A DNA stretch of 63,081 bases from a virus (IMGVR_UViG_3300024187_000008:1-63081), one strand, 5' to 3'; positions 7,264 through 18,083 are shown, numbered from the stretch's first letter. Notes: generated by a model not told the origin, from the sequence alone. Made by a program: numbers and translations.

Positions 7264-10200
7264 CTACCTCAGCTTGAAGGAGAGTTGATCGAGCAGCGCA
7301 TTGGCGCGGCCGATCGCAGACTTGAACCACGCAGCGCGCTCCGGTCCCTTGCCGGGAGGGAGGAACTGCGGGCCATGCTTCTTGGGATCGTATCCGGTGG
7401 GGTGGCCGGTGACGTAGTTGCCGTCCGGGCCGATCTCACCGATCTCGAACTGGCGGTTCGCCTTCCCGATCGCGATCGCCTTCTCGCGTGCACCGGGGCC
7501 GTCCGGGATCACGACGTTGAGGTCGAGACTCCAGTTGCCATCGGGCAGCTTGAAGGTGCCGATGTTGAGATGGTTGTCGCCGAACGCCTGCACGGTCAGC
7601 AGCTTCTTGACCTGCGACTTGAACTTCGTGAGCGCGTTGGGGTAGAACTCCTTGTTCGGGACCTTGTCGTTGAGGAGCGTGACCACGTAGCCAGGGGTCT
7701 TGTCCGCAGTCCAGTCGCCGGGGTTGAAGGTGTAGCCACCCTCAGCGCGAGCGGAACGGAGCCCGTCGCTCATCGCGTTCAGGTCTTCGAGGCGCATCCG
7801 GTTGTGCTGCACCCACTGGTACGGAGTAAGCTCGCCGAACTCGGCCTTGATGAGGTGCTCCAGGGGACGAGCCGACCCGATCTTCGAGACCGCCCTGATG
7901 CCACCCGACTTCAGCCGCGCGTGGGCCTCGCTCACTCGGGCGCCCTCCCACACCGCAGCCTGGAACTGCCGGGGTGACATCTTGGCATCGCCCGCGAGGT
8001 TGCGGACGATCTGCTCGTAGAGCTTGTAGTCGTTCTCGCCGAGGGAGCCCTTCTTCATCGGGAGCCCGAGCGCGTGGATCATCCAGCGGTCGAGGACCAC
8101 GGCCTCCTTGTCGCCCTTGAGGGCGCGGTAGAAGCTCGCGATCTTGTCGCCGCCGAACTCTTCGCCGCGTGCGGCTTGGTCCAGCATCATGACCATGTGC
8201 TGCCCGCGCATCCCGTCGAACGGGAGGCCCTGCTTCCACTGGCCGAACGCCTTGAGGGCGAGGTTGGCGCCAGCTTCGGTCGAGCTACCCGCGCTGGTGG
8301 CCGCGAGGAAGCGGAGGAACATGTCGGCGTCCTCACCGAACTCCTTCTGCACGTAGTCGTTGGTCTCTTCGTACCAGTCCATCCCGTGCGCCCCGGAGTC
8401 ACGGAGCGATATGAGTTGCCCGAGGCGCCGTTTGGCGTTGCCCTCGGTCTTGAACATCTGGAGTAGGCGCTTGCTCGCGCGCTGAAAGATCGCTTCGGCG
8501 TGCGGGCGAACTTCCTCGCCCCACTTGTCGATCAGCCAGTTGGTGACGGCCGTCTTGGTGCGGAGCCCACGGCTGAACATCTCGGCGGCGGCGACGATCG
8601 ACATGTCGGCGAGTTGCTGTGCACCACCCGTGAACGCTTCGCGGACGCCACCACTGAGCAGGCGCTTGCGTGCGGACTCGGCCTGCTTGTTGAGGAAGTC
8701 CTCCAGGCGGTTGCCCACGGCCCCGTTCGCCAGCGGTTTCCCGTTGGTCACGTTGCCGGCGGCGATCTGCGCCTGTTCGGGGGCGAGCCCCTTGGTGCGC
8801 TCTGCGAGGGCCGGGAGAGCCGGCTCACGCCGCATGAGGACGTTGCCCGCGACACTGGGCGCTCCCTCGATGGGCTCGAAGCCGTGCTTCGCGTACCACG
8901 CGGTCAGCTTCTCGATGGGCATCTTGCCACCCCGCGACATCAGGGGGCTGGCGTCCACGACCATCGGCAGACCACGCTCGTCCGCCATCGCGGTGATCTT
9001 CTCCATCGCGCGCTGGCCGGCGCCACGTTCGCCACCGACGTTGCGGATGTAGTTGAGTTCGAGCGCATCACCGGACGCGGCCGGGCTGACGCGGTACTCC
9101 ACGTCGCCGATCGCGCGGGTGTCGGGCGTGCCGGTCGGCTTGCCCAGGTTTTGGATTTCCTTCGCTGCGGATGCGACCCGCTCGCCCGTGCTCGGCATCG
9201 AGACCGGGTTGGGTTCGAGTGGCATGTTGCGCTTGGCGTATCCTTCGCCAGGACCACGAGTGGCCCCGCGCTGCGCGGCTGCGAACGCTGCCTGCTCTTC
9301 GGGCGTGCCAGACCGGGCCACTGCCTGAGCGAGCGCGTGCTTCATGCCGGGCAACTTCGAGGGCGGCATCGGCTCGGGGCGGATTCCCTCGGTGGGAGGG
9401 ACGCTTTCGAGGCGCGGTGCGATCTCGGGGGCCGCTGACGGCGCCCGCCCACCAGTCTCCACCGGGCCGAGGGGGGCGCTCATCGTCGGGCCGGGTAGAC
9501 CCTCGGGTGGCGCTATTCCTTCGAGCGTGGGCGTGACGGGAGGCGGGGCCGACAGGGGCGCTGCCAACTCGGGTGACTGCGGGATGCCTTGCGGCGGGAC
9601 GAACGCGGGAGGCCCGGGCTCGACCTGCATGTTGCCGACGACGTTCGGCTCGGGCGTGGGGACGCCGGGCTGGCCGCTGACCATGCCCTGCGGGGGCTCG
9701 GCGTTGGCCGGTAGTGGAGCCGAAGGCAGGTCCACCATGCGCCCCTGGAGCTTGCCGGCAGCGATCAGCTTCTCGTACAGCTTCGAGGCTGCCTTCATGC
9801 CGTCCTCGGTGGCGGCGACATCCTCGCCCCAGACGGCCTTGACGATGTTGTTCGCGAGCGCGAGGTCATCCCCCTGCGCGGCGATGCCCTCCTCGTGGAA
9901 CTTCTCGGCCACGTCGGACGGGCGGAACTGTGAGGCGAACTTGGCGAGGTTGATGCGCTGTGCATCGTGCGCGAGCGCGTCCGCGTGCGCCTGCCGGAGC
10001 ATGCTGCCCGTGGCCTTCGTCTCCTTCGCCACGCTGACAGCAGCGCCCGGAGTCGCGAGGGCTCCACTCAGGATCGCGCCAATGGCGGCACCACCCTTGA
10101 GCCCGTGCCAACCACCTTCGGTGATCGCCTTGAAGATGTCGTCGGCACCGAGACCTGCGGCCTTGGCGTCGAGTGCGCGCTGCGTAGCTTCCTGCGTTGC

Positions 10201-10986
10201 GCCGTAGGCACCACCGATCCGCGCGCCCGTGAGGACGTGGGGCACAACCTTACCGGCGATGGCGCGGGCTCCGCCGGCCAGTGTGCGGGCGCCGGCAGCA
10301 GCAGTCTTACCCCCGATCATCTCGCCGAGCTTCTCGAACTCCTTGCCGCCCATGCCCACGGTAGCGAGGTTCGCCACACCTGTGGCGGCCTGCTCACGGC
10401 CTTTCGCAGCGATGTCCTGGAGGTCAGCCGCAAGGGAGGTCTGCACGTCAGCGTAGCCACGGAGGACGTTCGCGATCTGCGCGGGGCTGTAGCCCTTCGC
10501 CTTCAGGACCGCGAGGTCCGGGGGCGGCATATCGTTCATCGTCTTGCCGATGGCTGCACTGCCAGCGTTGGTGCCGGCGAGAGTGGCTGCCGTGTTGACC
10601 GCCATGCCGATCTGGCCCGCGCCGGGCACCTTACCCATAACGGGTATGGCGGCGGCTGCGAACGGGGCGAGTTGCTCCCCGAGGTGCAGCGCGGCCCCGG
10701 GAATCTGGGGCGCGACGTTCTGCACCTTCTCGACGAGGGAACGCTCGGGCGCCGGCTTCGAGGGCTCGAAGCCCTGGCCGTACGCCTTGTCGATGCGGTC
10801 GTAGTACGACTGATCGTCGAGGCCCGAGCCGAACATCTTCCGGTGGGCCGTGATGACGGCAGCGTCGGACATCGTGTCGGGAATCTCCGGGTAGTCACGC
10901 CGCAGGTTGCCCACGACGTGCTTGGCGTACTCGGGTCCGTAGACGCTGTCCTGGTACTCCTTGAGGCGATCTTCGTACGACGACAT
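7264..10986 (-). CDS. Large internal virion/polyvalent protein (1240 aa) with GNAT-like and helical DNA-glycosylase-like domains
   Basis: Ala/Gly-rich N-terminus, Pro-rich linker, GNAT-like ERGAGQRAM...LTAWYAKHGF (~8830-9100), then DWYEE..LAATS..KIASFY..VVLDRWM..QFQAAVW (~7940-8390). Confidence 0.6.
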   Translation of the reverse strand: MSSYEDRLKEYQDSVYGPEYAKHVVGNLRRDYPEIPDTMSDAAVITAHRKMFGSGLDDQSYYDRIDKAYGQGFEPSKPAPERSLVEKVQNVAPQIPGAALHLGEQLAPFAAAAIPVMGKVPGAGQIGMAVNTAATLAGTNAGSAAIGKTMNDMPPPDLAVLKAKGYSPAQIANVLRGYADVQTSLAADLQDIAAKGREQAATGVANLATVGMGGKEFEKLGEMIGGKTAAAGARTLAGGARAIAGKVVPHVLTGARIGGAYGATQEATQRALDAKAAGLGADDIFKAITEGGWHGLKGGAAIGAILSGALATPGAAVSVAKETKATGSMLRQAHADALAHDAQRINLAKFASQFRPSDVAEKFHEEGIAAQGDDLALANNIVKAVWGEDVAATEDGMKAASKLYEKLIAAGKLQGRMVDLPSAPLPANAEPPQGMVSGQPGVPTPEPNVVGNMQVEPGPPAFVPPQGIPQSPELAAPLSAPPPVTPTLEGIAPPEGLPGPTMSAPLGPVETGGRAPSAAPEIAPRLESVPPTEGIRPEPMPPSKLPGMKHALAQAVARSGTPEEQAAFAAAQRGATRGPGEGYAKRNMPLEPNPVSMPSTGERVASAAKEIQNLGKPTGTPDTRAIGDVEYRVSPAASGDALELNYIRNVGGERGAGQRAMEKITAMADERGLPMVVDASPLMSRGGKMPIEKLTAWYAKHGFEPIEGAPSVAGNVLMRREPALPALAERTKGLAPEQAQIAAGNVTNGKPLANGAVGNRLEDFLNKQAESARKRLLSGGVREAFTGGAQQLADMSIVAAAEMFSRGLRTKTAVTNWLIDKWGEEVRPHAEAIFQRASKRLLQMFKTEGNAKRRLGQLISLRDSGAHGMDWYEETNDYVQKEFGEDADMFLRFLAATSAGSSTEAGANLALKAFGQWKQGLPFDGMRGQHMVMMLDQAARGEEFGGDKIASFYRALKGDKEAVVLDRWMIHALGLPMKKGSLGENDYKLYEQIVRNLAGDAKMSPRQFQAAVWEGARVSEAHARLKSGGIRAVSKIGSARPLEHLIKAEFGELTPYQWVQHNRMRLEDLNAMSDGLRSARAEGGYTFNPGDWTADKTPGYVVTLLNDKVPNKEFYPNALTKFKSQVKKLLTVQAFGDNHLNIGTFKLPDGNWSLDLNVVIPDGPGAREKAIAIGKANRQFEIGEIGPDGNYVTGHPTGYDPKKHGPQFLPPGKGPERAAWFKSAIGRANALLDQLSFKLR

Positions 10987-10995
10987 GCTTCCTCC

Positions 10996-12024
10996 TTACT
11001 GCTTCGCGGCAGCCTCCCAGGCTGCACCTGATGGCCGGCCGTTCCCGGAAGACGCGGTCTCCTTGACCGGGCCAGCGTTGGGTGGGCGGGTACCAATCTC
11101 ACGACTCTCGTAGAAGTCGTGGATTCGCATGATCTCCCGGCGGTGGAGTTCCTCCGCTTGGTCGATCACGTCTTGCTCGGGCCGCATCCCGGTGTTCGGG
11201 TCGGCGGCCACCGCCATGTTGAAGCGCCGTGCGGCAGCGGCATACTCCTCGTGCATCTGGGACTTGTCGCTCGGGGAGAGGTTCAGCTTGTCGGACGCGG
11301 ACTTGGCGGCGGCGAGCCTACGCTCGGCGCGATCCATAGCGCCCTGCGCGTTGATGCGCGCAACGTTCGCACGACCGGTGTTCTGGGCCTCGATCTCTTC
11401 GAGCTTGTTCTTGTGCTCCCGCTCACCCTTCAGCCGCTCGGCGGTCAGGTCGTTGCGGGCCTTCACGTCGGCGAGTGCGAGCGCCTTGCGGAACTCGCCC
11501 TGCCCGAGTAGCTGCTGGAAGTGGCCCTCGATGGCGGCCTTCTTCATCTCCAGCGTCTTCTCGAAGTCCGACTGCTCCTGCGCGTGCACGCCCTTCGCGG
11601 TCTGGTCTTCCATCGCGAGGCCGACGTTCGGGGCGTACGGGTTGTTCGGGTTCTGGGTGCCCATCGCGATCGCGAGCTTCGAGAGCGGCGAGAGGTGGCG
11701 CTCCTGCGGAGCCTTCGCCATCTCGGCCTGGATGTCCGCGTAGTGCTTCTGGTAGTCCACGCCCGGGAGCGCCTTGTTGAAGTGCGCGTCGAGCGCGACG
11801 AAGGCGTCGTGAATCTGCTTCTTCTCCGCGTAGTCCGGGTCGTTCGGGTCCAGTTCGGGAAGCTGGAAGCCGGGTGACGCGGGCGCAGGCGCAGCCGCAG
11901 GGGCCGCAGCGGGTGCCGGGGTTCCCTCGACGGGTTGCGCGACCGCTGCCTGCATTGGCGAGGCCACGAGCTTCCCGGCCGACTTGGCCTGGGCGTTGCG
12001 CTTGATGACGTTCAGGAAGGCCAT
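10996..12024 (-). CDS. Putative internal virion protein
   Basis: Coiled-coil-rich, GGAG RBS before MAFLNVIK; located among ejection-type genes. Confidence 0.55.
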   Translation of the reverse strand: MAFLNVIKRNAQAKSAGKLVASPMQAAVAQPVEGTPAPAAAPAAAPAPASPGFQLPELDPNDPDYAEKKQIHDAFVALDAHFNKALPGVDYQKHYADIQAEMAKAPQERHLSPLSKLAIAMGTQNPNNPYAPNVGLAMEDQTAKGVHAQEQSDFEKTLEMKKAAIEGHFQQLLGQGEFRKALALADVKARNDLTAERLKGEREHKNKLEEIEAQNTGRANVARINAQGAMDRAERRLAAAKSASDKLNLSPSDKSQMHEEYAAAARRFNMAVAADPNTGMRPEQDVIDQAEELHRREIMRIHDFYESREIGTRPPNAGPVKETASSGNGRPSGAAWEAAAKQ

Positions 12025-12025
12025 G

Positions 12026-12742
12026 TTATCTCCGGGTGAGTCCCGCACTGCGGGAGTTGGTGAGCGCCGTCATGAAGCGCGGGCGCTTGTAGCCGGTCTG
12101 GAACTCGTTGAGTGCAACGCCGGCCGCCGGCTGGAGGACGGGCTGCTGCACGAGCGCGGTGCCGGCCGGGCCGACCGTGGGGACGTTGGCCGAGGTGCTG
12201 ATGCCGGGCGTCGGGTTCGGCGCTGGACCTGCGGCGGGGAGCGTGGCGGCCGTCTGGCCCGCTGCGGCTCCGATGCGCTGCATCAGGTTCGTGTCGCCGT
12301 TCTGCTGCGCCTGCTGCATGAGCGCGGCCTGCATCCGTGCGGCGGCCATGTCGGCCGCGATCGGCATCGCCGACTGCGTGATGCCCGCGCGCGTCTGCCG
12401 TTCGAGCCCCGCCTGCGCGGCAGCACCCGAGGAGGTGGCGAAGTCGCTCGCGGCGGACTGTCCGCCCGTGTCGGGGCTGAGGCCCTCCGCTGCCGCCTTC
12501 GCGTTCATCTCGTTCTGGAACGTCTGGCCCTGCTCGGCCGCCTGCGCCATGAGTTGCTGGCCGTACGGCGAGTTGAGGATGTACTGCGCCAGTTCGGTCG
12601 TGTCCTTGCCCACGGCGTTGGGGCCGTAGAGTTGGCGGAGCGTCTCGGCATCCATGTACTTCTTCTTCTTGCCGAAGATGCCACCGAGGGCGCTGAGGCC
12701 CTGGAGGACGTACGGAACTGACTTGAGCAACAGGGGTGCCAT
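12026..12742 (-). CDS. Putative internal virion/pilot protein
   Basis: N-terminal hydrophobic GLSALGGIFG followed by KKKK, then Ala/Gln-rich; typical first ejection protein. Confidence 0.55.
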   Translation of the reverse strand: MAPLLLKSVPYVLQGLSALGGIFGKKKKYMDAETLRQLYGPNAVGKDTTELAQYILNSPYGQQLMAQAAEQGQTFQNEMNAKAAAEGLSPDTGGQSAASDFATSSGAAAQAGLERQTRAGITQSAMPIAADMAAARMQAALMQQAQQNGDTNLMQRIGAAAGQTAATLPAAGPAPNPTPGISTSANVPTVGPAGTALVQQPVLQPAAGVALNEFQTGYKRPRFMTALTNSRSAGLTRR

Positions 12743-12751
12743 GGTTACCTC

Positions 12752-13291
12752 TTAGAACTCGATCCACTCCACGTAGACGCTAGCCTTACGGCCGGAGTCC
12801 AGTGCAGCACTGCCGAGGTCAACTGCGAGTCCTTCGGATGTACCGCGAAGGGTGATCGCTTGGGTGATGAGATCGTTCCACGAGTTGAAGACTGTCAGCC
12901 CGGGCGAATCGTGCGAGCTTGGGGGCGTGCTGCCGGCGACAAGAACTGAGGTGATGTTGATCTCGTCGATGCTGCCAACCACCGTGCCACCGCCGCTCGG
13001 GTCTGCGGTCCAGTTGAGCGGGGTCGCTGTTGCCGTCGCATTGTTGGTGTCGTGCTTGACGGGGGTCATCGCGGCACTCGTCCCACCCGTGAGGGCACTG
13101 GAGAGCCGGAGAATCTTGGCGGTGCGGATCGCCTGTGCGGTCTCATAGATGATGACGCGAAGGCGGGTGATCTTGACCACCTTGCTGGCCGAGCCGAAGA
13201 TCGAGAAGATCGTGGTCGGGGTCGCGTCGAGTGCAAACTCGGTGATCGCCGCCGAGTACGACGGCATCACGGTAGGCGGGAAGTAGGACAT
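12752..13291 (-). CDS. Putative tail-associated beta-rich protein
   Basis: Beta-strand-rich, ends VEWIEF; downstream of the tail fibre. Confidence 0.5.
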   Translation of the reverse strand: MSYFPPTVMPSYSAAITEFALDATPTTIFSIFGSASKVVKITRLRVIIYETAQAIRTAKILRLSSALTGGTSAAMTPVKHDTNNATATATPLNWTADPSGGGTVVGSIDEINITSVLVAGSTPPSSHDSPGLTVFNSWNDLITQAITLRGTSEGLAVDLGSAALDSGRKASVYVEWIEF

Positions 13292-14838
13292 CAGATGATC
13301 CCCCAGTTGGCGCCGTCCGAGATGACCTCGATGGCCGTGTACCGCGTAGTGATGACTTGCGTCAAGGAACCGTCGATCGTCTGCGACGAGGTCGTGTCGA
13401 TCGTCAGTGCGTTCGCGGTGCTGTCGATCTTCTTGATCGTGTACCGCTTACCCGTGTTGCCCACGGCCGTGAGGAGCGTGATGGTCACCGCCCCGCCCGT
13501 GCAGTCCACGAAGATGACTTGGTCGGTGATGACGACGCCGTAGTTTGCACTCTTGGAGACGAACGGGCTGGACACCGGCATCGTCTGGTTGGCGGTCCAG
13601 GTGTTGGCGGTGCCATAGATGTTCGCGTTGCCCGTGCCCCCACGCCCGACTGCGAGCGTGCCAGCCCACCCGAGGGTGAGACCAGCCGCGTTGAGTAGTG
13701 CGGTGGTCGGGCTGCCGGTGAGTGTCAGCGTGACGTTCGTGTCGTCGCTCTTCGTGAGCGCGGCCGGTGAGGTCCACGCGCCGAGGCCCCCCGAACTGGA
13801 GCAGCGCAGCCACTTGCCAACGCCCGCCCCCGTGACGAGGGTGATCTCCGGCATATGGAAGCTGCCGGCGTTGTCCACGTAGGAGAGGAGCGTCGGGGTC
13901 GGGTCGTACCAGCGGGTGATGTCCCCGGCGAGCGCGACGATCGCGACGTACGAGACGCAGACGTAGATGCCCGTGGTACCCAGAGCCGCGCTACCCGCGA
14001 GGGAGAAGCCGTTCGGAGTATCGGTGATGCCGCTCGGCGTGCCGGAGCAGGTTACCGTGGCCGTGTACGTCGTTGGGGTCGTTGGCAACCCGTTGAGGTC
14101 GATGTTGGCGGAAAACCAGACGAGGCCGCTGCTATCGACGAGGCCGACCACGAGGCCACCGTCGTCGGGTGAGGCGCCGAGGGCGAACATCGAGATCGTA
14201 ACCGTGTAGGTTACACCGGGAACGATCGTGTCGCTGGCGCCGAGGCGCTCGGGGTTGAGTCCGTTCTCGGTGCCGCTTGCCCCGCCGCCGTTGTGCGCGA
14301 CCCACGAGGTGGTGCCATCGTTTGAGGCGAGCGCGGTGTAGTGCGCGCCCGCGACGGGCGTACCCGCACCCGTGTAGTAGTGGGTCTCGTCCGGCGCCCA
14401 ACCACCCGAGCCGGAGTCGTTGTAGCCCCCGGTGCGGTCGGAACTGGGAACGATCGTACTGGTCGATGCGACCGCGTTCACGATGTGGAGCGTGACTGCT
14501 GGTGTCGTGGTGTTGATGCCCAGGAACTTCTGCGTCTCGTCCAGCGTTACCCGAGCGTTCGGCCAGCCCAGGTAGATGTAGCCCTTCGAGACCGAGGCAG
14601 TGGAACTGAGGTACAGCGTGCCGTTGGGCTCGGTCGCCCCTCGGCCGATCTGACCCCCCGGGCGTCCTGCCAGGAGGAAGAAGCCGGACGTGTCGAGCAG
14701 GGGGCCGCCTGATCCGTCAGGCGATTCCCCCCTACCAACAGCGTCGAGGTTGACCGTGTTCTGCGAGACCCGCACGTCCAGATGGCGCAGGATTTCGTAC
14801 AGCCATCGGGGTGCTTCCTTGTCCGGGACGATCGGCAT
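13291..14838 (-). CDS. Tail fibre/spike protein
   Basis: Gly/Thr/Ser-rich; GINTTTP, LAVGRGGTG and C-terminal T..L.TA....G..Y.IKKID...TIDG...SDGANW fibre motifs. Confidence 0.75.
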   Translation of the reverse strand: MPIVPDKEAPRWLYEILRHLDVRVSQNTVNLDAVGRGESPDGSGGPLLDTSGFFLLAGRPGGQIGRGATEPNGTLYLSSTASVSKGYIYLGWPNARVTLDETQKFLGINTTTPAVTLHIVNAVASTSTIVPSSDRTGGYNDSGSGGWAPDETHYYTGAGTPVAGAHYTALASNDGTTSWVAHNGGGASGTENGLNPERLGASDTIVPGVTYTVTISMFALGASPDDGGLVVGLVDSSGLVWFSANIDLNGLPTTPTTYTATVTCSGTPSGITDTPNGFSLAGSAALGTTGIYVCVSYVAIVALAGDITRWYDPTPTLLSYVDNAGSFHMPEITLVTGAGVGKWLRCSSSGGLGAWTSPAALTKSDDTNVTLTLTGSPTTALLNAAGLTLGWAGTLAVGRGGTGNANIYGTANTWTANQTMPVSSPFVSKSANYGVVITDQVIFVDCTGGAVTITLLTAVGNTGKRYTIKKIDSTANALTIDTTSSQTIDGSLTQVITTRYTAIEVISDGANWGII

Positions 14839-14846
14839 GGTCTACC

Positions 14847-17800
14847 TCACGCAGTGGAACGGTTCGTGTCCGGGCCGCCGTCCGTGACGACGAAGGACAA
14901 CTGATGCAGGCGCATGTTCGTATCCAGGTCTGCGGAGGTCGCCGTGTCGTGGTTCGAGTCGAACGTGAGCGGGACCTTCTCGATCTGTATCTCGAAACCG
15001 CGCTGGATGTTGGCGTTGTACAAGCTGACCAAGTCGCCCACGAGGGTGGAGATGTACGCCGTCTTCATCCCTCCGACAACCGCACCGATCCCGTTGCCCC
15101 TGATCGTGACGCCGAGAGTCCCGGTGTCGAAGGTCAGGGTTGCGGTGCCACTCGCGTTGGCCGCCCGCGAGAGGACGATGGTGCTGCTGTTGGTCTTGGA
15201 GAGGACGATGGTGCCACCGTCGATCCCATTCCCCAGGACGCGCATCCCCGGCAGAACAGAGCCGAAGGCTGCGGACGAGGTGACCGTGGTGCTGTTGATC
15301 GTCGTGGTGCTCGACGCCGTGACCGAGTTCGACCCGTACGACGAGAAGAGGAGGTGTATCTTGTCCTCGAACCCGTCGCGGTCCAGCCCGGCCGGGTAGA
15401 ACCGGCGCGTGCGAATGAGCGGGAGGATCGGTGCAGCGACCAGAGCGTTGGACGAGTTGTGGACCGTGTAGCCGCTGGCCTGCGCGGTGCCGGAGTCCTC
15501 GGTGTAGATGAGGCCCGTGGTCTCGTGACCGGTCAGGATGCGGGGCGAGCCGTTGATGATAGCCTCGCACGATGCGCGTGCGGAGACCGAGATCGGCCCC
15601 GTGCACGGGAGCAGCATGCCCTCCTTCACCTTGTCCACAGCGTAGCTGAACACCAGCGCCCGCGTGTTACGGCCGTGGCTTGCACCTGCCGGGCAGTAGT
15701 AGAGGATGAGCCACTTCTCGCGCGCGTACACGCGGAAGACGCACGAAGAGAGGAAGGCGACGTTGACCGTGTTCTGCCAGTCGAGGTCGATGTTGAGCGG
15801 GCGAATCCAGATGCCGTTCGTCAGGTAGACGCCGGAGTTGGAAGCGTACGCGAGCATCGAGCCCTGGCCGGGCATGTCGAACTTCACCGCCGCGAGCGGG
15901 CCAGGGATGCCGTGATCGACGGTGAGTGGCTCGTGCGCGAGCCCATCCTCAAGGTCGGTATTGGTCTCCCTCGGGAGGAAGTTGATCCGCTCGATGCTGT
16001 TCTCCAGGCCGCAGACGAGAATCTGCCCGAGCGTGGTCAACAGCGTGACCTTGTCCCGACGCTGGCCGGAGTTGAGCCGGAGCACGTAGGGGCGCGGGAA
16101 GTACTCGGGGAAGCCGGGCAGCGAGTAGCGGATGGCGGTGTCGTCACTCAGGTCGTTGGTAACGTACATCCCCATGTTGAAGGTGGCGGTGCTGCAACTG
16201 GGTGGGACGAGGCACGCCGGCTCGGCCTGACTGATGCCGATCTGGTCGCGGTAGACGACGCAGCGGTACGGCTTGCCGTTGAGGTCGATCGTCATCGACT
16301 CACCGAAGATGACGAGGCGGACGGCGTCGATCCATGCCGTCATGTCCGCATCGTTGGCGCCCACGCCGATCACGATGCCGAAGCTGCCGAGGGTGGAGAA
16401 GGCTCCCCAGGTGACGCCCCAGGTCTCGCCGGACCCGCCGAGGACGTACGCCTCGATGCCCCCGTTGTGGAAGAGGAGCGATCGGACGATGCCGTCCTTG
16501 CCAGTGCCGTTGGTCGGGTAGACGAACACGTCAGCGTGCTGCTGGTTGTCACCGGTCGAGTTCGCACGCCCGAAGACCTGGATCGCGATTCCGGTGACGT
16601 TCCGGTTCGCGTTGGGGCCGGTTGCGTCGATCGAGAAGGAGAGCTTCGAGACCGGGTGCACTGCACCGAAGGAGGAGACGCTGCTGTTCGAGACGCCCTT
16701 GGCGAAGCCGGCGCCCGTGAACACGTTCCCGTTCGGGGCTCCGAGCATGGACGAGGAACTGGTCCAGTCCGGGTTGCTCCCGTTCAGGGCGGCGACCGAC
16801 GAGGCGTAGAGCGCCTGGGTCGTGCCGGTGGTCTCGTAGATTTCGATGCTGCCCGGGTCGTTGTGCGTGTTGCTGCCGGCCGCGAGCGTCTTGATCGCCA
16901 TCTTGGCGACCCGGCGGAACGTAGCTAGCGAGGGCCGGCCCGAGGCGTCGTCCGTCTTCTCGGGCGACATGTAGATGCCCCAGTGGGTGGCGATGCGGCC
17001 GTCGAGCCCGACGTTCTTCACGGCGGGGAGCACGACGCGCACGCCGGTCAGGAGGTTCGGGATGCTCACAGCGACCGGCTCGCCTACGAGGTTGGTGCCG
17101 GGGCTGATCGCGAGGTAGGCTGACTCGATCTCGGAGCCTGGGTCGTCGCGAAGGTTGCCGTCCTTCCCCATGACCTGCGGGATGTAGATTTCCGTGGCGA
17201 GGAACCAGAAGTAGCCGGTGCCAAGCGAGGTGCGCCAAGCGTACACGTCGGTCGAGGTGCCGATCACGCCGGAGATCGCGTGGACCTCGATGGGCGTGGT
17301 GACCGCTTCGAGCCCGATCGGGCGGTGCGAGAGGACGGGGTTCGAGGCGAACTCGGTCGGGGTCAGCCACTCGATCTTGCGCGGCTGCGAGTAACCGAAC
17401 TGCGCGAAGTAGGCCGCGCCGAACTGGTGCACGTCGAGGATGTTGTTGCGGGCGGTGACACCGTCCTGGACGAGCGTCTGCGCAACACCGTACGAGAAGG
17501 CGACCGTGATCGAGGCGGACGTGCCGAAGGTCGCGGAGACCGAGGTACCGTCGCGCTGCTTCACGATGACGGCCGGGTAGTAGCCGTTGACCGGCGTGCC
17601 CGTGACCGCCGAGACCATAACGGCCCCGATGTTCGTGTTGTTCAGGGTCGCCGTGTAGATGCGGGCGCCCACGATCTGCGGGAGGAACGGGGTGCCAGAG
17701 TCGGCGGTCAGGACCGTGTGGGTGCTGACGATCGAGGCCGTGACGACGACGGCAGCCGGGCCACCGATCTCGGTCGAGGTCTGCGGAGCCACGTTGTTCG

Positions 17801-18074
17801 CGTCTTCCACCGGCATCGACCAGAGGGTCGAGCTTGCGTAGGCCACGACCTTCGGGGTGAACTTCCGCTCGAAGGGCAGGTACGCCAGACCCAGGACCGG
17901 GCTACCCGAGACGGCAGTGCCGTACTGGGTGCGGCCCGGCGCTCGCCACACGGCCGGGTCTTTTTCTCTGTACACGCAGTCGTCGGTGCGCTGGAGTTCG
18001 CCCGCCTGGAGGAGAGCCGGGTGACGAGCGGTGACGAGGCCACCGTTGAAGAGTTCGAGAATCTGGGTGGACAT
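14847..18074 (-). CDS. Tail nozzle/tubular protein B-like (1075 aa) with inserted beta domains
   Basis: N-terminal FNGGL, IRYS.PG.PEYF beta-propeller-type motif; follows the adaptor gene. Confidence 0.7.
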   Translation of the reverse strand: MSTQILELFNGGLVTARHPALLQAGELQRTDDCVYREKDPAVWRAPGRTQYGTAVSGSPVLGLAYLPFERKFTPKVVAYASSTLWSMPVEDANNVAPQTSTEIGGPAAVVVTASIVSTHTVLTADSGTPFLPQIVGARIYTATLNNTNIGAVMVSAVTGTPVNGYYPAVIVKQRDGTSVSATFGTSASITVAFSYGVAQTLVQDGVTARNNILDVHQFGAAYFAQFGYSQPRKIEWLTPTEFASNPVLSHRPIGLEAVTTPIEVHAISGVIGTSTDVYAWRTSLGTGYFWFLATEIYIPQVMGKDGNLRDDPGSEIESAYLAISPGTNLVGEPVAVSIPNLLTGVRVVLPAVKNVGLDGRIATHWGIYMSPEKTDDASGRPSLATFRRVAKMAIKTLAAGSNTHNDPGSIEIYETTGTTQALYASSVAALNGSNPDWTSSSSMLGAPNGNVFTGAGFAKGVSNSSVSSFGAVHPVSKLSFSIDATGPNANRNVTGIAIQVFGRANSTGDNQQHADVFVYPTNGTGKDGIVRSLLFHNGGIEAYVLGGSGETWGVTWGAFSTLGSFGIVIGVGANDADMTAWIDAVRLVIFGESMTIDLNGKPYRCVVYRDQIGISQAEPACLVPPSCSTATFNMGMYVTNDLSDDTAIRYSLPGFPEYFPRPYVLRLNSGQRRDKVTLLTTLGQILVCGLENSIERINFLPRETNTDLEDGLAHEPLTVDHGIPGPLAAVKFDMPGQGSMLAYASNSGVYLTNGIWIRPLNIDLDWQNTVNVAFLSSCVFRVYAREKWLILYYCPAGASHGRNTRALVFSYAVDKVKEGMLLPCTGPISVSARASCEAIINGSPRILTGHETTGLIYTEDSGTAQASGYTVHNSSNALVAAPILPLIRTRRFYPAGLDRDGFEDKIHLLFSSYGSNSVTASSTTTINSTTVTSSAAFGSVLPGMRVLGNGIDGGTIVLSKTNSSTIVLSRAANASGTATLTFDTGTLGVTIRGNGIGAVVGGMKTAYISTLVGDLVSLYNANIQRGFEIQIEKVPLTFDSNHDTATSADLDTNMRLHQLSFVVTDGGPDTNRSTA

Positions 18075-18083
18075 GAGTACCTC

